Assembly (NCBI GenBank): GCA_016840425.1
Contig: JAEOSI010000063.1
Location: 1 to 10,083, forward strand
Reading direction: 5' to 3'
DNA: 10,083 nt
Origin: Candidatus Wukongarchaeum yapensis
GTDB taxonomy: Archaea; Asgardarchaeota; Wukongarchaeia; Wukongarchaeales; Wukongarchaeaceae
Every line of letters begins with the position of its first letter. Position 1 is the stretch's first letter. Shown one piece after another: positions 1 through 6,018 of the stretch. The notes beneath the pieces were generated by a model, which worked only from the letters and a program-made list of their open reading frames with translations, was not told the DNA's origin and did not search any database. Made by a program: the position numbers and the translations under genes.

Positions 1-1413
1 GGGTGCTTCGCGAACTAAACCAAACCGGTGAACCTTCGTCCTTAACCATGCTAGAAGGGTTTTGAGGTTGCCGTTAGATATCTCCTCTTCTAAATCTATA
101 ATTTCTCGTTTAGCTGCAGCAAAGATCTGCGCAGAGTATAGATGACCTAACATGTAACTTGGAAAATATCCAAAATAACCTGAGGACCAGTGAACATCTT
201 GTAGCACACCTTTGGTATTGTTCTCGGGCAAAATACCCAAATAATCCTGCATCTTAGCATTCCAAAGCTCTGGCAGATCTTTAACCTCTATCTCGCCTTT
301 GATTAGAGCTTCTTCTATTTCGAACCGAAACATGATGTGGAGACTGTATGTAACTTCATCTGCATAGATTCTAATCGGGGAAAGTTTCACGATGTTGATT
401 GCACGATAGAAGTCTTCTAATGGAATGCTTTCATAATAGGGGAAAATCCCTTGAAGTTTCGGGTAGAAAAACTTCCAAAAGGGGAGACTTCTACCCACAA
501 TGTTTTCCAACATTAGTGACTGTGACTCGTGAATACCCATTGAATACCCATTATCTAGATACAACCACTTCAACAGATGATCTATTCCCTGATCATAGAG
601 ACCATGACCGCCTTCATGCAGTGTACCGAATAAAGCAGGAGCCAGCTTCCCGTGCGTAAAGTGCGTTGTAACGCGGGCATCATCTGGTCCGATCGAGATG
701 GTAAAGGGATGATTGGTTTTATCCAGTCTTCCTTGATTAAAGTCGTAGCCAATTACCCTAAGAGCTTCCAAGGAGAGTTGCTTCTGAAGGTCTTCGGGAA
801 AGTGTCCTCTGAGAAGAGTTTCGTCTGGTTGATCTGATTGTTCTGTGAGTAACTTAACAAAGGGAACGAGATTTTTTCTAAGAGGTTTGATTATTCTTTT
901 GAGTTCTTCGCTGGTTATTCCTGGCTCATAGTTAGGTAAGAGTGCATCGTAGGGATTTTTATCATATCCATAGTGTTCGGCGAACTGACGTATAAAGCCG
1001 ATTATTTCTTCTAAAGCTGGTTGAAAATGTTTGAAATTCGATTTTTCTTTTGCTTTTACCCAAACATCATAAGCCCTTGCTTTAGCCTCATTGAAAGCTC
1101 TAAAAAGATCTTGCGGAATAGCTTTCGCTCTCTCATAGATGTTTCTTATCCGCCGAATCAGAGCCTGTTCTCCTGGATCAAGTTCTGTTTCCCTTCCAGA
1201 CAACTTTTCAATGGTTTCGCCTATTTCATGGGAAGTGAAAAGCTTGAACCATTCTGCTTTTACAGCCGCAAAAATTTCTGCTCTTCCCCTTGCTCCTTCA
1301 GTCGGCATCTTAGTTTGTTGATCCCACAACAATAGGTTAGACGCATAACCAAACTTACTAGCCCTCTTCAAAAAATCTGACAGCTTCTCGAGAAGACTTC
1401 TTGCTTCACTCAC
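1..1413 (-). CDS. Carboxypeptidase M32 (Taq/Pfu-type metallocarboxypeptidase), 3' end outside window
   Basis: Manual translation of the segments read gives one frame from GTG at 1413 (preceded by AAGGAG) to base 1. N-terminus SEARSLLEKLSDFLKRASKFGYASNLLLWDQQTKMP. Zinc motif HEGGH at 604-618, followed by MGIHESQSLMLENIVGRS, ADEVTYSLHIMFRFEIE and KGVLQDVHWSSGYFGYFPSYMLG, all M32 hallmarks. Absent from the ORF track because no stop codon lies in the window. Confidence 0.95.
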   Translation of the reverse strand, partial: MSEARSLLEKLSDFLKRASKFGYASNLLLWDQQTKMPTEGARGRAEIFAAVKAEWFKLFTSHEIGETIEKLSGRETELDPGEQALIRRIRNIYERAKAIPQDLFRAFNEAKARAYDVWVKAKEKSNFKHFQPALEEIIGFIRQFAEHYGYDKNPYDALLPNYEPGITSEELKRIIKPLRKNLVPFVKLLTEQSDQPDETLLRGHFPEDLQKQLSLEALRVIGYDFNQGRLDKTNHPFTISIGPDDARVTTHFTHGKLAPALFGTLHEGGHGLYDQGIDHLLKWLYLDNGYSMGIHESQSLMLENIVGRSLPFWKFFYPKLQGIFPYYESIPLEDFYRAINIVKLSPIRIYADEVTYSLHIMFRFEIEEALIKGEIEVKDLPELWNAKMQDYLGILPENNTKGVLQDVHWSSGYFGYFPSYMLGHLYSAQIFAAAKREIIDLEEEISNGNLKTLLAWLRTKVHRFGLVREAP

Positions 1414-1481
1414 TGTTTAAATCTCCTTTTCTCCTTCGTGTAATAAATAACGGCTTATTACCGTCTTACTTATAGTCTAAG

Positions 1482-1489
1482 TATAAAAA
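1482..1489 (-). promoter_or_regulatory. Putative archaeal TATA box (TTTTTATA) for the carboxypeptidase gene
   Basis: TTTTTATA on the minus strand ~70 nt upstream of the GTG start. The same TTTTATA motif lies upstream of other minus-strand genes (4300-4306, 7035-7041). Confidence 0.5.
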
Positions 1490-1545
1490 CCATTTCACCT
1501 ACAGCAAATGAGATAATATAGAAAATACTTATAGACAATTTCAAT

Positions 1546-1564
1546 AAAAAGAAAAAAGGGAAAA
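1546..1564 (-). terminator. Putative oligo-T terminator of the LVIVD gene
   Basis: The minus strand reads as consecutive T-tracts (T4-CCC-T6-C-T5) ~70-90 nt after the stop codon at 1634, typical of archaeal intrinsic termination. Confidence 0.4.
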
Positions 1565-1633
1565 GGAGGATTCAAACCCTTGATTATCTTGTAAACCAAC
1601 GTTACAGTTTTCCTGAGATATTTCGCCCTATTT

Positions 1634-4066
1634 TTATTCCTTTTTGAAGTATTTAAAATATGATACTATCGCACCGATTGCCGCTGCTGCAACTCCTATG
1701 CCTACACCTACCCAAAGCCACGGGAATCCTTCCTCTTCTTCCTCTGTTACCGTTTCATAACTAATGGAAAGATCAGATATTGTGGGCGTTTTCGAGGGGT
1801 TTGAAGTTGTTAAAACTGCTTTCCATTTCAACTGACTACCAGCATTCGTGAAGGAATGTTCTGATCCGGGATTGACTTGCTCCCAATGGGAACCATTATC
1901 CGGTGAAAGATAGTAGGTGATAGAACAGCCTGAAGGTATAAAATCATTACAAGTCAAATTTGCGCTAACCAATGATTCCGAACTGGAACCGGAAAAAACA
2001 GTTAAAGACTGAGCAACAGCAACAGATTCAAAGTAGTCCTTCACCACCTCTATAACCTGCAAACCAGAATCTCTGTCAGCTACGTAGGCGTAATCACCGG
2101 AAACAAAAACCCACCGAGCATAATCGGGGGTGTCGTAGACCCCGATTATGTTCGGGGTATCGCTGGCATTGGAAGGGTTTAGGGGATCACTAATATTAAC
2201 AACCTGCAAACCAGAATTTCCGTCAGCTACGTAGGCGTAATCACCGGAAACAAAAACACCCCAAGCATGATTGGGGGTGTCGTAGACGCTGGCATTAATA
2301 GGGTTTGCCGGATCACTAATATCAACAACCTGCAAACCAGAATTATAATCGGTTACGTAGGCGTAATCACCGGAAACAAAAACACCCATAGCACGATCTG
2401 GGGTGTCGTAGACGCTGGCATTAATAGGGTTTGCCGGATCACTAATATCAACAATCTGCAAACCAAAACTATGATCGGCTACGTAGGCATAATCACCGGA
2501 AACAAAAACACCCCGAGCATAACCAGGAGTGTCATAGGCGCTGGCATTAATAGGGTTTAGGGGATCACTAATATCAACAACCTGCAAACCAGAACCATCA
2601 TCAGCTATGTAGGCATAATCACCGGAAACAAAAACACACCGAGCAATAGAGGGGGTGTCATAGGCGCTGGCATTAATAGGGTTTAGGGGATCACTAATAT
2701 CAACAACCTGCAAACCAGAAAGTTCGTCGGCTATGTAGGCATAATCACCGGAAACAAAAACACACCGAGCATTATCGGGGGTGTCATAGGCGCTGGCATT
2801 AATAGGGTTTAGGGGATCGCTAATATCAACAACCTGCAAACCAGAACCCCAGTCGGCTACATAAGCGTAATCACCGGAAACAAAAACACCCCAAGCATCA
2901 TCGGGGGTGTCATAGGCGCTGGCATTGGAAGGAATTAGTAGATAATTGATATATAGAATCTGCAAACCAGAACCTCCATCGGCTACGTAGGCATAATCAC
3001 CGGAAACAAAAACACACCGAGCAATATTAGGGGTGTCATAGGAACCAGCAAAGGTAGGGTTTGCCGGATCACTAATATCAACAACCTGCAAACCAGAACC
3101 CCAGTCGGCTACGTAGGCATAATCACCGGAAACAAAAACACCAAAAGCAAGACTAGGGGTGTCATAGGCGCTGGCATTAATAGGGTTTAGGGGATCACTA
3201 ATATCAACAACCTGCAAACCAGAAACTTCGTCGGCTACGTAGGCATAATCACCGGAAACAAAAACATTACGAGCAATATCGGGGGTGTCATAGGCGCTGG
3301 CATTGGAAGGATTTGCGGGATCACTAATATCAACAATCTGCAAACCAGAATCTCTGCTGGCTACGTAGGCATAATCACCGGAAACAAAAACACCAATAGC
3401 ATTATCGGGGGTGTCATAGGCGCTGGCATTAATAGGGTTTAGGGGATCACTAATATCAACAACCTGCAAACCAGAACCAAAATCGGCTACATAAGCGTAG
3501 TCACCGGAAACAAAAACACACCGAGAAATATCGGGGGTGTCATAGGCGCTGGCATTAATAGGGTTTAGGGGATCACTAATATCAACAACCTGCAAACCAG
3601 AACCTGCATCGGCTATGTAGGCGTAGTCACCGGAAACAAAAACACCCTGAGCATTACCGGGGGTGTCGTAGGAGCCGGCGAGGCTAGGGTGTGTGGGATC
3701 ACTAATATCAACAACCTGCAAACCAGAACCCCAGTCAGCTACATAAGCGTAATCACCGGAAACAAAAACACCCCGAGCCTCACCAGGGGTGTCGTAGAAG
3801 CCGGTTAAAGGAGTGGGGTTGAAGAGGGTTATCCATGGGAGGTTGATGTTTCCAGAACCCCATCCTGAAACGTTTGTATTAGAAGGATCCATGTTGGTTG
3901 TCGTTGTGAAATCTTCAGAATAACTGTCAACAGCACTATTGACTGGTTTTACATTTGTTAGCAGTGTCAATGTGGAGAAGATTAAGACGGCTGAAATAAG
4001 GACGCTCCATCCTTTTCGAAGGTTTAGTTGTTTGTTATCCCTTTTCTCATGGTTTAAAACCATCAT
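1634..4066 (-). CDS. Membrane-anchored cell-surface protein with 14 LVIVD beta-propeller repeats
   Basis: 810-aa ORF with GAGGG RBS. Signal-peptide-like N-terminus (basic region, then WSVLISAVLIFSTLTLL). 14 repeats of ~42 aa, consensus YDTPxxAxxVFVSGDYAYVADxxSGLQVVDISDPxNP, from Y91. These are followed by a probable beta-sandwich domain, an EEEEE linker, a C-terminal hydrophobic helix and a basic tail KYFKKE. Confidence 0.93.
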   Translation of the reverse strand: MMVLNHEKRDNKQLNLRKGWSVLISAVLIFSTLTLLTNVKPVNSAVDSYSEDFTTTTNMDPSNTNVSGWGSGNINLPWITLFNPTPLTGFYDTPGEARGVFVSGDYAYVADWGSGLQVVDISDPTHPSLAGSYDTPGNAQGVFVSGDYAYIADAGSGLQVVDISDPLNPINASAYDTPDISRCVFVSGDYAYVADFGSGLQVVDISDPLNPINASAYDTPDNAIGVFVSGDYAYVASRDSGLQIVDISDPANPSNASAYDTPDIARNVFVSGDYAYVADEVSGLQVVDISDPLNPINASAYDTPSLAFGVFVSGDYAYVADWGSGLQVVDISDPANPTFAGSYDTPNIARCVFVSGDYAYVADGGSGLQILYINYLLIPSNASAYDTPDDAWGVFVSGDYAYVADWGSGLQVVDISDPLNPINASAYDTPDNARCVFVSGDYAYIADELSGLQVVDISDPLNPINASAYDTPSIARCVFVSGDYAYIADDGSGLQVVDISDPLNPINASAYDTPGYARGVFVSGDYAYVADHSFGLQIVDISDPANPINASVYDTPDRAMGVFVSGDYAYVTDYNSGLQVVDISDPANPINASVYDTPNHAWGVFVSGDYAYVADGNSGLQVVNISDPLNPSNASDTPNIIGVYDTPDYARWVFVSGDYAYVADRDSGLQVIEVVKDYFESVAVAQSLTVFSGSSSESLVSANLTCNDFIPSGCSITYYLSPDNGSHWEQVNPGSEHSFTNAGSQLKWKAVLTTSNPSKTPTISDLSISYETVTEEEEEGFPWLWVGVGIGVAAAAIGAIVSYFKYFKKE
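2039..3796 (-). repeat. Intragenic tandem array of 14 x 126-bp units
   Basis: Unit starts at 3796, 3670, 3544, 3418, 3292, 3166, 3040, 2914, 2788, 2662, 2536, 2410, 2284 and 2137 (unit 13 is 147 bp, unit 14 is truncated). The + strand 17-mer TCACCGGAAACAAAAAC and 10-mer CTGCAAACCA occur in all 14 units. Confidence 0.97.
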
Positions 4067-4299
4067 TTATCCCTCATAAAATCCTAAAAAGTTTTTAGAT
4101 TTCAGGAACTGTTTTGGTACAAAAATTAGGAAAAAAGAAAAGCGTAAAGGAAGGTGAATGTTTCATACCTTTCGAAGAACATTTTATTACCGATCGTTTA
4201 CGCGAAAACCGGTCAAAAAATGGGATCGCTGCTACTCCTTACAACTTACACTTTAAAGCGGGATACTATTTTGTACCAACTTAAGTTTAAGAAAAACTG

Positions 4300-4312
4300 T
4301 ATAAAACTTTTT
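4300..4312 (-). promoter_or_regulatory. Putative BRE/TATA element (GAAAAAG-TTTTATA) upstream of the LVIVD gene
   Basis: A purine-rich run directly precedes TTTTATA on the minus strand. It would imply a ~200-nt 5' leader, so the assignment is tentative. Confidence 0.35.
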
Positions 4313-4528
4313 CTTTAAGTGTTAGTAAGTATCAGTAGACTCCGAAACTAATTTTTTAGTCATTTTTAAAGGAAGGTGCTAGGGCAAAGATTTTGCAAGC
4401 GGTTCAATACTTTCACAAGTTTACTTAAAAGATGATTTGAAGAATAAGCGTGAATTCATCGATTTTCGAAAGGATTGTAAGAGAGATAACAGAGAAAATG
4501 TCGTGAAAGTGTAGTTTCATGACATTTT

Positions 4529-4788
4529 TCAAATAGTTGTTATGTCTAATATTTCTATCGCGGCTATGTCTCCTTTTTTATCATGGTGGAGGATTACTTG
4601 TCCATCGTCTGTTGGTTCGCCTTCTGTATGTTCTGCATGTTTAAACTTTATGTACAGGTCTCCTACATCCTCCCCGTAATCGGCCATAATCACTTTTCTG
4701 GAAAGTTTTAATCCATACTTTTTTCCACCAGCTCTAAAACCTCTCTTATGTTTATATCTAAGAGAGATTCAACTTTTTGAATCGCTTA
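4529..4788 (-). pseudogene. DUF2283-family small protein, frameshifted and lacking an upstream start codon
   Basis: 4687-4529 encodes MADYGEDVGDLYIKFKHAEHTEGEPTDDGQVILHHDKKGDIAAIEILDITTI*, matching the DUF2283 pattern (Y-D-x-x-x-D-x-L-Y-I-x-F ... I-x-x-I-E-I-L-D). The upstream segment AIQKVESLLDINIREVLELVEK is in another frame and joins it across an A6 run (T6 at 4719-4724). A GGGGAG RBS at 4792-4797 is followed by TAA rather than a start codon. Confidence 0.72.
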
Positions 4789-4845
4789 TATCTCCCCTGC
4801 TTTCTTTTCAAGCTTGTATGATATGTATTTCTAGTCTAATTAAGC

Positions 4846-4922
4846 GAATTTAGTTTCCAGTAAAAAAATCGTGTGACTGTTTAACTATAAAAGTTTGAAG
4901 GATTAGCTATTGTTGAGGATTA
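4846..4922. repeat. 77-bp imperfect direct repeat, copy A
   Basis: Ungapped manual alignment with 5858-5934 gives 64/77 identities, including an exact 18-mer TAAAAGTTTGAAGGATTA. Confidence 0.9.
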
Positions 4923-4958
4923 TGGGTGCTATTATATTGTAAGAACAAAAGAAAAGTT

Positions 4959-4985
4959 AAAAAAAGCGGTTTCGCTTCTGTTTTT
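4959..4985. terminator. Small hairpin flanked by A- and T-tracts (possible bidirectional terminator)
   Basis: AAGCG-GTTT-CGCTT stem-loop at 4964-4977, with an A7 run on the left and T5 on the right. The stem is short. Confidence 0.3.
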
Positions 4986-5141
4986 ATACATATCGTTAAA
5001 GAGCTACTGGTGACGGTTTATTGTCTTTGATGTTATAAACGTAAACGTAAAATAGAAATATTACCGGCAAACTAAGTAAGGATATTTGTAAGAGAAGTAG
5101 TAAAGGGTGATTTTTTATTCTTTAAAAATGGTTGGTGTTAT

Positions 5142-5336
5142 ATGTTGGAGGATTTTCAAGGGCAGTATATAGTGGATAAAAAGGGGAGGAGGATGGGTGT
5201 AATTCTTTCAATTGAGGAGTATGAGGAACTTTTAGAGGATCTTCACGATCTTTCTATTGTTGCTGAGCGTCGGGATGAGCCCACAACAACTTTTGAAGAA
5301 GTTAAGAAAAAGCTGAAAAAAGATGGGCTCTTATAA
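5142..5336 (+). CDS. Type II antitoxin (RelB/Phd-YefM-like), partner of the downstream RelE
   Basis: 64-aa protein with acidic core, QYIVDKKGRRMGVILSIEEYEELLEDLHDL...ERRDEPT..FEEVKKKLKKDGLL. It overlaps the toxin start by 14 nt, the usual antitoxin-first arrangement. Confidence 0.85.
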   Translation: MLEDFQGQYIVDKKGRRMGVILSIEEYEELLEDLHDLSIVAERRDEPTTTFEEVKKKLKKDGLL

Positions 5337-5589
5337 GGTTTTATGGAAAAAATCAGCGGAAAGAGACCTACGAAACATAGACCTCCAACAAATTCCAAGA
5401 ATAATTAAAGCGGTTGAATCCCTTGAAGATGATCCCTTCCCACCACAATCCCGTAAACTTAGGGGTTCAAAGCAAACTTACAGGATTCGCGTAGGGGATT
5501 ATAGGATAATATATCAAGCGGATATCAAAGCAAAAGTTGTAATAATCTATCATATACGCCACCGCAAAGTAACATATCGTAAACGATAA
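5323..5589 (+). CDS. relE: RelE/ParE-family toxin (RelE/StbE-like mRNA interferase)
   Basis: 88-aa basic protein: YKVLWKKSAERDL, DPFPPQSRKLRG, YRIRVGDYRIIY, HIRHRK. These are characteristic RelE motifs. Confidence 0.9.
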   Translation: MGSYKVLWKKSAERDLRNIDLQQIPRIIKAVESLEDDPFPPQSRKLRGSKQTYRIRVGDYRIIYQADIKAKVVIIYHIRHRKVTYRKR

Positions 5590-5857
5590 AAATTGATACA
5601 ACTATCCACCTAATAGCCCCCCAAATTTTAAGCCTGTATCTACTATTTATCCCATTTCTTGCCTCTAAACATGCTAATGTCTTCGTTTTTTTATGGGAGC
5701 CTTTTTTAACCCCTATTAAGCCTGGCTCTAATATTAGTTTAGCTGTTCTCTTATTCACCTATTCTGGATCAAAAAACCTTTCCTAAAGCACCCGTTAAAT
5801 GCTCGTATTTTTACGTGCTAAAATTTTTCAGGCGATACTAGCACCTTATAATCTAGG

Positions 5858-5934
5858 GAATTTAGTTTCAAATAAAAAAACCGTGAAACAGTTAAACAGT
5901 AAAAGTTTGAAGGATTAACCATCGTTAAGGATTA
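5858..5934. repeat. 77-bp imperfect direct repeat, copy B
   Basis: 64/77 identical to 4846-4922, same orientation, offset 1012 bp. Confidence 0.9.
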
Positions 5935-6018
5935 GGGCTATACTTTCGCAACAAGAAACAACTAATTAAAATATGAGACACTGAAAAGGGGTCCTTGGCT
6001 GTTGACTGGCACATTACT

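Noticed and set aside
399-1335. Four + strand ORFs in the track (399-659, 652-837, 1021-1335, 1139-1321)
   Set aside because: They are antisense shadows of the M32 carboxypeptidase, with no recognisable motifs.
1557-1584. tRNA T-arm-like GGGTTTGAATCC on the minus strand (possible att remnant)
   Set aside because: The loop is TTT rather than TTC, the stem pairs poorly, and no cloverleaf is present upstream.
2267-2560. + strand 97-aa repetitive ORF
   Set aside because: It is the antisense reading of the LVIVD repeats, and its periodicity is inherited from them.
2039-3796. CRISPR array interpretation of the regularly spaced invariant 17-mer
   Set aside because: The period is 126 bp and in frame within an intact ORF, and the intervening sequences are homologous rather than unique spacers.
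4846-4922. Canonical integron attC or Xer dif identity for the 77-bp repeat
   Set aside because: There is no properly spaced RYYYAAC...GTTRRRY pair with a long fold-back, and no 11-6-11 dif-like structure.
5525-5758. Minus strand 77-aa ORF overlapping relE
   Set aside because: It overlaps the toxin antisense, its GTG start is part of an RBS-like AGGTGA, and it has no family motifs. It might be a decayed gene downstream of repeat copy B, but this cannot be supported.
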